From the NCBI GenBank assembly GCA_963677925.2, contig CAXXYH010000001.1, positions 133,879 through 197,878 of the forward strand: 64,000 bases of DNA, written 5' to 3'. Shown here in pieces: positions 9,089 through 18,920 of this stretch (position 1 is the stretch's first letter; each line of letters begins with the position of its first letter). The notes beneath the pieces are model-generated. The model was given only the letters and a program-made list of their open reading frames with translations. It did no database searches and was not told the origin of the DNA. Origin of the DNA: Spirochaetia bacterium (GTDB lineage: Bacteria > Spirochaetota > Spirochaetia > UBA9216). Position numbers and translations under genes: made by a program.

Positions 9089-10492
9089 TTAAAAAACGGA
9101 AGCCCCCAGGCCTGTACTTGTTGAACCGATATTTAGGCTGTATGGATAATTTAGCTCTATAAAGTCCGGATCTGATGAGTTTGAACCGGACTCTCTTCCG
9201 CTGTCCTGCTGTAATTTTGATAATTCATAAGCGGTATATTTGGTGGATGTATCCAGACTTGAATTATCCCAGATAACCGCAAGATAATCCCAGTCACTAT
9301 CTTCAACCGGAAACAGACAGTTTGATTCTGAATAAAATTCCGCTGAATTGAAAGTAGCCTCATCAAGAAAAAATACAACATTGCCGCCGTAGAAAATATT
9401 ATATCGGAATATTATCTGATTAAGAGCAGCCAGATTTCCGAACTCGGCTACATGACTGCCGTTAATATCAGGCCTCTGCTTCCCCCAGCCGCTTCCGGGA
9501 TTTATGCTTGTATTATACTCAAAAATAATATTATCCATTGTTGAAGATGATTCCTGGTTCCAGAACTCAAAAGATGCAAGCGCACAGTTTTCCAGTATGT
9601 TATTACGGTAAGTTAAATTCTTCTGTACTACAGAACTTGAATGATTTTGATTAGTCAGCGCTGTGTCGTATATGTCATGTATATAACAGTTTTCAACTGT
9701 ATTATTTACAGCTTCACCCCAGAACTCTATTCCGTTGCCGTATCTGACGGGCTCTCCGTCTTTTTCATAGAGGTATCCTCCGCCTATAAATGATAATTCA
9801 CAGTCGTAAATCCGGATATTACTGGTATTTCCTCCGCCGAAACCATGTGCTGCGCCATAACGAAAATGAAGATTTGAAAATTCAGCAAATGATGTGTTTG
9901 AAAAATCTACTATGTGTGAGCTTATTGCAGCTTCTATAGATGTATGGTTTTCAGCTGGATTTACAGATGATTTTAAATAAAGTTTTTTCCAGAATCTGTC
10001 AAAATAGAAATCATCATCTGCAGCAAGGTCTCCTTTAGACCATTTTCTAATACCGCAGGATTCGTCTTCGAAAATAATATTACCTACTTCGGTTGTGAAC
10101 TTGAAATCGGCCTTCCAGAGATTGCTTCCCGTGTTTATCCATAAAGCGGAAGAAGAGAGATCAACAGAATTTTGAATAACCGCATATTCATCACCGCCAT
10201 AGCTGCTGTATGTCACATTTGAGGCCGAATCTCCGCTTGACGGAAAAATTGAACCTCTGAAAGTTAATCCTGATTTGAAAAGTATTTCTGAGCCCGGAGC
10301 AAATATACAGCTGTTTATTTTAGCCAGTGATTTAAATGCATAGTCTTCACTTAGGCCGCTGTTATCATCATTTCCTGTTTCTGAATCAACGTAATATATT
10401 CCAGCCGGCATGTATGTCATCGGTATTGAACAGGAAATAAAAAAAAGTATTATAAATGAAAAAATTACAAGCTTATCAGAAGTTCTTTTCAT
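9089..10492 (-). CDS. Right-handed parallel beta-helix lipoprotein (polysaccharide lyase/hydrolase-like)
   Basis: Lipobox FISC; YYVDSETGNDDNSGLS..AFKSL; repeated N.TVENC.IHD and Y.NN.. beta-helix rungs. Confidence 0.8.
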   Translation of the reverse strand: MKRTSDKLVIFSFIILFFISCSIPMTYMPAGIYYVDSETGNDDNSGLSEDYAFKSLAKINSCIFAPGSEILFKSGLTFRGSIFPSSGDSASNVTYSSYGGDEYAVIQNSVDLSSSALWINTGSNLWKADFKFTTEVGNIIFEDESCGIRKWSKGDLAADDDFYFDRFWKKLYLKSSVNPAENHTSIEAAISSHIVDFSNTSFAEFSNLHFRYGAAHGFGGGNTSNIRIYDCELSFIGGGYLYEKDGEPVRYGNGIEFWGEAVNNTVENCYIHDIYDTALTNQNHSSSVVQKNLTYRNNILENCALASFEFWNQESSSTMDNIIFEYNTSINPGSGWGKQRPDINGSHVAEFGNLAALNQIIFRYNIFYGGNVVFFLDEATFNSAEFYSESNCLFPVEDSDWDYLAVIWDNSSLDTSTKYTAYELSKLQQDSGRESGSNSSDPDFIELNYPYSLNIGSTSTGLGASVF

Positions 10493-10600
10493 AGGTTAAT
10501 TGTATACGTAACTTTATTATTTTTCTAATTTGTATTATAGAAAATGGTTGATAATTAATTTAATTGATATATTAGAACTGTGTATATAAGGATTTAAAAA

Positions 10601-12121
10601 ATGAAATTAAGTATAAGATATCCTGCTGTTATTGCAATTACAGCCTTATTAACTTTCTCATGCTGCCTGTTCGATCTGTTTGATGATTTCAATGCCGATG
10701 ACTACGAGTTTACCGAACCGGCTGTTACGGGAAATACATGGTATGTGGATCCGGTAAATGGTTCTATCGACGGCGATGGAAGCTCTTTAAATCCATGGCT
10801 TACAATGCAGCAGATTCTTGAAGATGATCTTATACAGTTTTACTCGCACGAGGAAAGTTATAATTCAAACTCCGACTGGGTTTTAAATAATCCTGATGCC
10901 CCGGTAAAAGGCGGCGATACGATCATCCTTCGCTCCGGTTATCATGGACATCTTGATATAAATGCATTTATGTTTGAAGACTGGCTTGTAATAAAGGCTG
11001 CTGATGGTGCTGAACCTGTTTTCTCCCAGATTAAGCTGACAGGTGCTTTCTGTAAAATATACTTTAAAAATCTAACTGTACTTAAAGAAAGTTTCACTCA
11101 AAACGGCGGAACATCATACTGGGAAGCAGATGAGATAACTCATAATACAAGTTCCGGGGTGTATCTTGGTTCCAATGATTTCTGGGGCAAAGGGAGTGAT
11201 GTAAAGCTCTACGGGCTGAAAGTTATGACGGCTGAAGATATAACATCCTGGACAGCCGAAGACTGGGTTGAGAAAGCTGCCGGCGGTATCAGTCTGAGAT
11301 CGGTAAGCAATATAGAAATTAACAGCTGCAGTATTCAGAATATCTCAATGGGGATAACCATAGAGTATTTTTCTGAAAATATTTATGCGCTGAATAATAC
11401 GGTTAAAAATTTCAGCGGAGACGGTGCCAGAATAATCAGCAATAATGTGTATTTCGGGTACAACACCATTACAGACTGCTTCAAGGTTGATGATAATCAC
11501 GATGACGGTATTCAGAGTTACTCACGCGGTGATGATAATACGGTCGGTGAAGGTGTAATTGAAAATGTTGTGATACGCGGCAATATAATTATTGCGTCGA
11601 CAGACAGTTCTAATCCGCTTGGAGGTAATCCGCAGGGAATCGGCTGTTTTGACGGCTTTTTTAGAAACTGGGTCGTTGAGAATAACCTTGTTGTATCAAG
11701 CACATACCATGGAATCTCTCTGTACGGGCTTATTGACGGAAAAATATTCAATAATACAGTAGTTGACCAGAATCCTGATGATGATCCTGCTCCCTGGATA
11801 ATGGTCACTGACCATAAAGACGGACGCTCAAGCAGAAACTATGAGGTTAAAAATAATCTTGTTTCAGCATCAGTCAGCTGTTCCGGAGATTTTGTTACCG
11901 AGGCGGGTAATTTCATAATTGGGAATGATAACTATTCAGATATAGATGATATTTTCACAAATCCGGCAGAATATGACTTCAGCCTATTGGATAGCACATA
12001 TAATCAAACGAACATAATTGACAAGGGTATTAATACAGATGAATATTCATCCCAGTATGATATCGCTGATAATGCAAGGAGAGGAAACCCTGATATAGGG
12101 GCATATGAATTTAATTACTGA
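10601..12121 (+). CDS. Right-handed beta-helix lipoprotein with choice-of-anchor-Q-like C-terminus
   Basis: Lipobox TFSC; WYVDPVNG..DGS..NPW; GGDTIILRSGYHG; NHDDGIQ; C-terminal PDIGAYE. Confidence 0.8.
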   Translation: MKLSIRYPAVIAITALLTFSCCLFDLFDDFNADDYEFTEPAVTGNTWYVDPVNGSIDGDGSSLNPWLTMQQILEDDLIQFYSHEESYNSNSDWVLNNPDAPVKGGDTIILRSGYHGHLDINAFMFEDWLVIKAADGAEPVFSQIKLTGAFCKIYFKNLTVLKESFTQNGGTSYWEADEITHNTSSGVYLGSNDFWGKGSDVKLYGLKVMTAEDITSWTAEDWVEKAAGGISLRSVSNIEINSCSIQNISMGITIEYFSENIYALNNTVKNFSGDGARIISNNVYFGYNTITDCFKVDDNHDDGIQSYSRGDDNTVGEGVIENVVIRGNIIIASTDSSNPLGGNPQGIGCFDGFFRNWVVENNLVVSSTYHGISLYGLIDGKIFNNTVVDQNPDDDPAPWIMVTDHKDGRSSRNYEVKNNLVSASVSCSGDFVTEAGNFIIGNDNYSDIDDIFTNPAEYDFSLLDSTYNQTNIIDKGINTDEYSSQYDIADNARRGNPDIGAYEFNY

Positions 12122-14568
12122 TGAGTGTACTCTTCAACGTCTTCATATCCCACAAGCGTATTGGCGTGATTAGTTCCGCTGGGCTGATAATTATCAGCAT
12201 CCCAGACATCATCATCGCTTAAATTGCTGTATTGATATGCATCAATACTGATTGAGGCAAGTATTCCCTGGTCAAGAAGAGTCTGAAGCAGACGAATGTC
12301 ATCGTCATCTGCAACTCTAAGATAATAAAGAGTTCCATACTCAGTATTTGTTTTCAGATATTCTGATCTTGCAAGCTGACCTTCCCTCCATGCTGTCTCT
12401 GAGGGCCATGAAGTGTGGTCCGAAGTGCTGTAAGGCATGGTTGCCCATGATGAGCAGCCGTTTTTATCAAGCACCATCATCCCTGTTACATAACTTGAAC
12501 CTGCATCTACACCTCCGTTTATCTGATGATAGAGATAATCAGGAGAATATATCCAGTCAAGTTTACTAAGAGGAGAATATCCGTTTGATGAAGCAGAGGC
12601 AACATCCCTGTCGTTATCAAGCGCCTGCTGAAATGTTTTAATATAATATGCAAGCGACCACGCTACACATGAACCTTCCGAACTCTGCGAACCGATTGGC
12701 GGAAAGTATTTTGTCTCAGACCAGTCAATAGATGATAATCCGGCTCCGTCAGTGAAAAGGGCTGCTGCATCCGCTGAAATCAGTTTTGAATCAAGAATAT
12801 AAGTGGAACTCTCAATAGCATCCCATTCACCCTCATCAAAAGGCCGCAGTCCGGTGCCGAATCCTCCAACTTTTAAATTATAATTATTTCCCTTCTCTGC
12901 GATTCCCAAATCAGACTTCAATTCAGAAAGTTCACTTGAAGTAAGTTTTCTGGCGGCTCCAAGACTGCTGATTAAAGCTCGGCTTCCGGAAGAAGTTGCA
13001 ACAACCGTCCCGCCGGAGAACCCTGATGTGGAGAGTACAACAGAAACAGTCTCCCCGTCTGTAAAACTCAGCGGTAAACTGCCGGCAGATACAGTTTTTA
13101 CAGGGGCTGGATTTTCAAAGTCATAGTCTGAATATTCCTCAAGTATAAAGCTGTCAAGAGTACCGCCGGAATAACTGTCACCGGCTTCATCTATAATCCT
13201 TATGAAAAAATCATTGCTGCCGAAATATTCTGAAAACTCAGATACATCAAATACCATTTCATTATCAGGGAACGGTATTTCACCACCGGGACAGCTGCCA
13301 AAGGATGAGCTGTAATTTGTATTGTAGAAGTCTTCTTCACTGTTGAATGATTTCCAGACAGTTGGATTTTCAGGATCTCCTATCCCGAAATACACTTTGC
13401 ATGAGTTTCTGGCATCATGAGAGATTTTGAAAACAGCAAGATGAGTCGGGGAATAATCTTCCAGATCCGCATATATAAATGCATAAACATTCTGAGCTTT
13501 CATTGCATCATAGGTTATGCGGTAAAACCCGTCCGCTACATTTTCCCAGGAACTTCCGATTCCCCAGGAGTTGGCTACCTTAAAGTATCCGTAAAACGCA
13601 TCGGTAATTGTATAATCTGCAGATCTGATTCCGGAATCAGTATAGCCATCCTTAATTCCAATAGCCTTGATTGTTATTGAGGTCCCCACTCCGCTCACAT
13701 GTATCGGTTCTGAATAAATTTCTGACGATACATCAGGTGTGCTCCCGTCAGTGGTATAATGAATTGCGGCACCCTCTGTTGTACAGCTGATAGTTACATC
13801 AGTATCCTCATAATAATTCCCGCCGGCTGGAGTAAAGACAGGTGTGTAGACATAATTCTGAGGTTTTGAGTTTACATAGAATATGCTTTCTTCAGACCAT
13901 TCTGATGTATCGTCATTAACCGATGTACAAACCTTCCAGTACCAGTATTCAGCATCAGGAACCTGATCGCGGATAGTATAGTAGTATTCCGAGTCAACAG
14001 TAGTGATATCAATAAAATCGGTTTCGCTTCCGTCATATCCGACAACAAGCTGATAAGAATCTGCATCGGCAGCATCTGTCCAGTCAAAGTACCATTGCCC
14101 CTCCAATACCGTGCCGTCAGATGTAATTTCCATTACAGCATTATTTTCCGGACTCAGCGTTTCAGGCGTATCGGGAATTCCCGGTGAGTCAGGAGTATCG
14201 TCGTCATGCAGGTTTATTATATATGAGGCAGAATTTGTATCAGAATCGAGCATCCCTTCTTTTACAGCATATGCGCGCACAGTTAAAGATGTCCCGTCAC
14301 TGGTGAGTTCAATTTCAGAATCATATTGCGTTGATTCCGTATCGGGATCGCTTCCGTCGGTTGTATAATAAATTACAGCATCTTCAGTTACCGTAGAAAT
14401 ACTTATGCTTATTTTCGAATTATATGTGCCGGTTGACTTGGAGAATGAAGGAGTCTCAACCTGTTCCCGGTTCATCAGGAAATCAAAGATATTGTTTTCA
14501 CATCCGGAAAGAACTGCAGTGAAAGGCAGCAGAGAGAGCACTAATAATCCTGTATTGAACTTTTTCAT
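12115..14568 (-). CDS. Lipoprotein: two chitobiase/Fn3-associated domains, an Fn3-like domain and a circularly permuted papain-like (C1) cysteine peptidase
   Basis: Likely start ATG 14568 with lipobox LSGC. Two TP.F....G.Y...IYYTTDGS.P repeats. Catalytic motifs QSSEGSCVAW, NHANTLVGY and FKVANSWG are present, in non-canonical order. Confidence 0.85.
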   Translation of the reverse strand: MKKFNTGLLVLSLLPFTAVLSGCENNIFDFLMNREQVETPSFSKSTGTYNSKISISISTVTEDAVIYYTTDGSDPDTESTQYDSEIELTSDGTSLTVRAYAVKEGMLDSDTNSASYIINLHDDDTPDSPGIPDTPETLSPENNAVMEITSDGTVLEGQWYFDWTDAADADSYQLVVGYDGSETDFIDITTVDSEYYYTIRDQVPDAEYWYWKVCTSVNDDTSEWSEESIFYVNSKPQNYVYTPVFTPAGGNYYEDTDVTISCTTEGAAIHYTTDGSTPDVSSEIYSEPIHVSGVGTSITIKAIGIKDGYTDSGIRSADYTITDAFYGYFKVANSWGIGSSWENVADGFYRITYDAMKAQNVYAFIYADLEDYSPTHLAVFKISHDARNSCKVYFGIGDPENPTVWKSFNSEEDFYNTNYSSSFGSCPGGEIPFPDNEMVFDVSEFSEYFGSNDFFIRIIDEAGDSYSGGTLDSFILEEYSDYDFENPAPVKTVSAGSLPLSFTDGETVSVVLSTSGFSGGTVVATSSGSRALISSLGAARKLTSSELSELKSDLGIAEKGNNYNLKVGGFGTGLRPFDEGEWDAIESSTYILDSKLISADAAALFTDGAGLSSIDWSETKYFPPIGSQSSEGSCVAWSLAYYIKTFQQALDNDRDVASASSNGYSPLSKLDWIYSPDYLYHQINGGVDAGSSYVTGMMVLDKNGCSSWATMPYSTSDHTSWPSETAWREGQLARSEYLKTNTEYGTLYYLRVADDDDIRLLQTLLDQGILASISIDAYQYSNLSDDDVWDADNYQPSGTNHANTLVGYEDVEEYTHQ

Positions 14569-14612
14569 ATAAGTAATCCTGTGCATAACTTTATTGCAGA
14601 TAATTCCAGCTG

Positions 14613-15968
14613 TCAATAATCGCACCAGATTTCAAGTCCAAGCGATAAGCGGTGCTGCAATTTAACATACAAATCTCCTAGCGGCAGCCACTGCAGACCG
14701 TAATTAATAGATATGCCGTACCTGCTGTTCTGCTTAAACAATCCGGAAGACGGGAATAGAGCGATCGGTTTAGTTCTTATTCCGGCTTCAGGCTGGAGAA
14801 CCATTCCCGAATTGTAATCTATGAAATCCTCCAGATCCCAGTATTTTTCAAGTCTGTATCCCGCTCCTACTCCCGTATAGACTTCAAAGGGTGAAGAAAA
14901 GAAACCCGGAGTATAGGCAATTTGAACTCCGGCCGATAACTGCATCAGCCTTACCTGCCGCTCAGTACTATAGAAATCTCCCAGTGCGTCTGCATAAGAA
15001 AAATCAGCAAAAGGTGAAATTTGAAAACTGCTGGATGTCGCAAGAGGAAAAAGCATCTTAATCTCTTTTTCATATGAAATAAGATCAAGCATATAATCAA
15101 TAATAAAATCAGGCTTTGTGTAGGAATATACTTTGTCATTATTTCCGGTATTCAGAGTGAGGCTGATGTAACCGTTAGCAAAACCGCTTAAAGGATATAT
15201 TAACGTCTCATATGCAAGCATTCCTGCTGCCAGTTTGAAGCCGGTGTAAAAACCGTTTTCAAGTTCGAGAGAATTATCAATGGTTGAACCGGGAAAATCA
15301 GCTGATATCATGGAATATCCGGTAAAGATGCTGAACAGGTCATCTGCAGATCCATTCAATTTTATAAGGGCAGCAGCGTTTAAAAAGACGCCGGAGGGGA
15401 CAGAATATTCAAATGATGTCTGAAATGCCGGGATTAATTCTGCCTCAGTAAATATCGGAAAAGCTTTCTGCCACGAGAGATTAAGGCATGCAGTAAAATC
15501 AGCTGACATGATTTGGGAATTTCTGCCCTCATCATAAATCATATCAACTTCCTTGATTCCAAAGAACCTATGAACAAAATTCTGCAGAGCCTGGCCTCCA
15601 ATATTTCCTGTCAGCCTTGCACCGGCAACAGGAAAAACTATCAGATCTCCATAAATATCAGAAAAATTGAAAATATAACCGATATCCAGAAGCAGCTCAT
15701 CTGATCTTGAATTCTGTTCTCTATCTGTATAACCGTAATACTCAAATGAAGCTGAATACCCTTTATCAAAGACCGACGCCATCCCGAATCCGTAACTTCT
15801 GAAATCGTCCCTATCCAGTACAAACTCGCCTCCGAAACAGTCATTACTGGTCATTATGGTTGTAATCCCTTTCTCAGACTCAAAGGGTTCTGCCGACAGC
15901 AAAAATAAATTTAAAAAAAGAAAGAGTGCAAGGGATAAAATGAAATATAACTTCTTAAAACTATACAT
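14613..15968 (-). CDS. Predicted outer-membrane beta-barrel protein with LpxR/DUF2219-like N-terminal motifs
   Basis: Signal peptide; SNDCFG..DDFRSYG and GNIGGQALQNFVHRFFG resemble LpxR-family motifs; amphipathic strands; aromatic C-terminus (EIWCDY). Confidence 0.5.
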   Translation of the reverse strand: MYSFKKLYFILSLALFLFLNLFLLSAEPFESEKGITTIMTSNDCFGGEFVLDRDDFRSYGFGMASVFDKGYSASFEYYGYTDREQNSRSDELLLDIGYIFNFSDIYGDLIVFPVAGARLTGNIGGQALQNFVHRFFGIKEVDMIYDEGRNSQIMSADFTACLNLSWQKAFPIFTEAELIPAFQTSFEYSVPSGVFLNAAALIKLNGSADDLFSIFTGYSMISADFPGSTIDNSLELENGFYTGFKLAAGMLAYETLIYPLSGFANGYISLTLNTGNNDKVYSYTKPDFIIDYMLDLISYEKEIKMLFPLATSSSFQISPFADFSYADALGDFYSTERQVRLMQLSAGVQIAYTPGFFSSPFEVYTGVGAGYRLEKYWDLEDFIDYNSGMVLQPEAGIRTKPIALFPSSGLFKQNSRYGISINYGLQWLPLGDLYVKLQHRLSLGLEIWCDY

Positions 15969-16008
15969 ATTTATTGACACTGTATCACATTTTCTTCAAA
16001 ACACTTTA

Positions 16009-16037
16009 TTGACACATCAGTTTATTACGATTAGATT
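16009..16037 (+). promoter_or_regulatory. Sigma70 promoter of the TPP riboswitch-thiBPQ transcript
   Basis: TTGACA (16009-14), 17-nt spacer, TAGATT (16032-37). The predicted start site falls at the 5' end of the aptamer. Confidence 0.7.
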
Positions 16038-16042
16038 ATAAC

Positions 16043-16133
16043 TGTCGTGGGGTGGCTGCGGTTCTAAACCGTTTGTCCTGAGATTATACCCGTTGAACCT
16101 GATCCGGATAATGCCGGCGAAGGGAGCGAGACA
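16043..16133 (+). promoter_or_regulatory. TPP (THI-box) riboswitch
   Basis: GGGGTG...CTGAGATTATACCCGTTGAACCTGATCCGGATAATGCCGGCGAAGGGAG matches the TPP aptamer consensus and lies directly upstream of a thiamine ABC transporter. Confidence 0.96.
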
Positions 16134-16174
16134 TTTTCTACCCACACATCATAAATTCTACTCTGGAGGTTTTC

Positions 16175-17242
16175 ATGAAGAAAACGGTTTTCACTAAGAA
16201 AACAAAAGTTTCAGCTTTATTGATGTTGGCGGCACTATGTATATCAGTTGTATCCTGTGCAAAAAATGACGACAATTCAGCTGCCGAAAAGTCTTTAGAT
16301 GACAACACACTTGTCATCTACACCTATGATTCATTCGCATCAGACTGGGGTCCGGCGGCTCAGGTAATTCCGCCTTTTGAAGAGAAGTATGGTATTAAAG
16401 TTGACCTGCGGGCTGCGGGAGATGCAGGTGCTGTATTAAGCAGGATTATTCTTGAAAAAGAATCCCCGAAAGCTGATATAATGATCGGTCTTGATAATAA
16501 TATGCTTGCAAAGGCTCTGGAATCGGACGTATTTGAAGCTTATAAGCCTGAAAATGCCTCAAAAATTCCCGAACATCTTGTCTTTGACGAGTCATGGCAT
16601 GCAGTTCCATTTGATTACGGGTATTTTTCTATTAACTATGACTCCACCAGACTGTTCAATCTGCCGGCATCACTTGAAGATCTTACAAAGGAAGAGTATG
16701 CGGATTCTCTTATTCTGATGGACCCAAGGACTTCAAGCCCCGGATTGGGTTTTATGCTCTGGACAGTTGCTGTTTATGGAGATGATTTTACTGAATACTG
16801 GAAGAGGCTCGGGCCGTCAGTCCTGACCATAACCGACGGATGGGATACCGGTTACGGTATGTATACAACTGGTGAGGCTCCTATGGTATTAAGCTATAAT
16901 ACAAGCCCTCCGGTTCATGTAGAATATGATGAAACTGATAAGTACCGTGCGTTGATCTTCGACGAAGGTAATTACATGCAGATTGAAGCAATGGCCATCG
17001 TCAAAAATGCTCAGCATAGAAAGGCTGCTGAAAAATTTATCGAGTATATGCTTACCGATGATTTTCAGAATGCAATTCCGCTTACAAATTTCATGCTTCC
17101 TGTCAATCCTGATACTAAACTACCTGATTCCTACCAGTATGCACCGGATGCAAGTAAGACTCTGCTTCTTTCAACAAGTGAAATAGAAAGCAACCTCGAT
17201 AACTGGCTCGAACATTGGCTTGAGGTAACATCAAAATATTAG
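16175..17242 (+). CDS. thiB: Thiamine ABC transporter substrate-binding lipoprotein
   Basis: YTYDSF..DWGP, GLDN, DPRTSSPG, SYNTSP, YMQIE motifs; lipobox VVSC; downstream of the TPP riboswitch. Confidence 0.93.
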   Translation: MKKTVFTKKTKVSALLMLAALCISVVSCAKNDDNSAAEKSLDDNTLVIYTYDSFASDWGPAAQVIPPFEEKYGIKVDLRAAGDAGAVLSRIILEKESPKADIMIGLDNNMLAKALESDVFEAYKPENASKIPEHLVFDESWHAVPFDYGYFSINYDSTRLFNLPASLEDLTKEEYADSLILMDPRTSSPGLGFMLWTVAVYGDDFTEYWKRLGPSVLTITDGWDTGYGMYTTGEAPMVLSYNTSPPVHVEYDETDKYRALIFDEGNYMQIEAMAIVKNAQHRKAAEKFIEYMLTDDFQNAIPLTNFMLPVNPDTKLPDSYQYAPDASKTLLLSTSEIESNLDNWLEHWLEVTSKY

Positions 17243-17249
17243 GTTTTAA

Positions 17250-18920
17250 ATGAATAATTCAGTTACTGCCGGACAATTTAAGTCCGGCAGTTTCAACACT
17301 AATTATCTGTATCTCATTTTTCCTTCAGCAGTTTTACTGCTTTTTTTTCTGATACCGGTAATTTCGGTATTTAAGGGTACATCTCCTGCTGCATTGCTGT
17401 CTGTTTTTACGGACAGTTACTACCTGCATATAATAACTTTTACTGTATTTCAGGCTCTGCTGAGCGCTTTTTTTTCAATATTAGCCGGTCTTCCAGGTGC
17501 CTGGATAATGGCTGCAATTGATTTCAAAGGCAAGAAGTTAATTAGAAGTCTTACAACAATTCCCTTTGTGCTGCCTTCAATTCTGGTGGTGCTGGGATTT
17601 GTTCTTACCTTTGGAAACAGCGGCTATTTAAACCGTTTTGTTATGGCAGTAACCGGGACTTCCCAACCGCCGTTAAAAATCCTTTATTCATTCAAGGCTA
17701 TAATTCTGGCGCATGTCTTTTATAATTTTCCGGTTTCATTGAGGCTTATATCTTCTGCCTGGTCGCAGATTCCTGAAAACCGGTATGAGGCGGCAAAAAG
17801 CCTTTCTGCAGGTAAAATCAGAATATTCAGAACTGTAACACTGCCTTCGCTTATTCCGGCAGTACTTGCATCTTTTTCGCTAATATTTATTTTCTGTTTT
17901 ATGAGCTTTGCAGTTATTCTGGTTCTCGGAGGAGGTCCAGCACTTTCAACTATTGAAGTTGAAATATACAGGCTTGCCCGAATTAATCTTGATATAAATG
18001 CTGCAGCTGCTCTGGCAGGAGCAGGAGCAGTTTTAACAACTGTATTTACAGCAGCTTATATTTTTCTACAGAAAAATTCTTCGGGTAACTCAATGGATTC
18101 AGGAGCCGGTATTAAAAAAATCCGGTTTTCCAGCCTGTCATCACCCGCTCGACTTCTTGCAATGGTTTATATACTTTTTATTATTCTGATAATTGCAGGT
18201 CCTTTAACCGCTGTTGTTGTACGTTCATTCCAGACTCAGACCGGATGGGGTGGGAAAATATCCTACACCCTCAGATGGTATAAACAGATTATGACGCCTG
18301 GTATTACGCTTAAGGCAATTAAGAATACATTATTATTCGGTGCCGGGTCTCTGCTTATTTCTCTTCCAGCCGGACTATCAGCAGCCTGGGTCGGTGCAAA
18401 AAGCCGGGGTAATACTGGAAGAATAATTGAAATTATTTTTATGCTTCCTATCGGAATATCTACAGTAGTACTGGGGCTCGGTTATTTCAGATTAATTTCT
18501 GTTCTGCCCGAGAGTTTTATAAAATCAGGAATTCTGATTATCTTTGCACATTCGGTAATTGGTCTGCCGTTTATTGTTCGAAGCCTCACTGCTTCTTTCC
18601 AAAAGATTAATCCGTCGATGATTGATGCCGCTCGCTCTTTGGGGGCGGATACTGCAAGAGTTTTTTTTGACATCGAACTTCCTCTTGTGATCTCAAATGT
18701 AATAAGCGCGGCAGCCTTTGGATTCTGTATTTCCGCAGGTGAGATTAACTCTGCAATTATTCTTTCTGACGGCGGGGTTCTTACAATTCCCATTGCCATA
18801 TACCGATTGATCTCAAGCTATAATTTTTTCGGGGCCTGTGCGATGGGTACTATTTTAATGCTTATCTGTGTTATTTCACTGTATATTATAGAAAAAACCG
18901 GTAATGAGGAGCTCTTTTGA
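17250..18920 (+). CDS. thiP: Thiamine ABC transporter permease
   Basis: FTVFQALLS, ILAHVFYNFP, two EAA loops (EAAKSLSAG, DAARSLGA), multiple TMs. Confidence 0.9.
   Translation: MNNSVTAGQFKSGSFNTNYLYLIFPSAVLLLFFLIPVISVFKGTSPAALLSVFTDSYYLHIITFTVFQALLSAFFSILAGLPGAWIMAAIDFKGKKLIRSLTTIPFVLPSILVVLGFVLTFGNSGYLNRFVMAVTGTSQPPLKILYSFKAIILAHVFYNFPVSLRLISSAWSQIPENRYEAAKSLSAGKIRIFRTVTLPSLIPAVLASFSLIFIFCFMSFAVILVLGGGPALSTIEVEIYRLARINLDINAAAALAGAGAVLTTVFTAAYIFLQKNSSGNSMDSGAGIKKIRFSSLSSPARLLAMVYILFIILIIAGPLTAVVVRSFQTQTGWGGKISYTLRWYKQIMTPGITLKAIKNTLLFGAGSLLISLPAGLSAAWVGAKSRGNTGRIIEIIFMLPIGISTVVLGLGYFRLISVLPESFIKSGILIIFAHSVIGLPFIVRSLTASFQKINPSMIDAARSLGADTARVFFDIELPLVISNVISAAAFGFCISAGEINSAIILSDGGVLTIPIAIYRLISSYNFFGACAMGTILMLICVISLYIIEKTGNEELF

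Noticed and set aside
4739-10600. Visibly AT-richer stretch as a recent horizontal acquisition
   Set aside because: GC content was not computed, and no boundary repeats or mobility genes support it.
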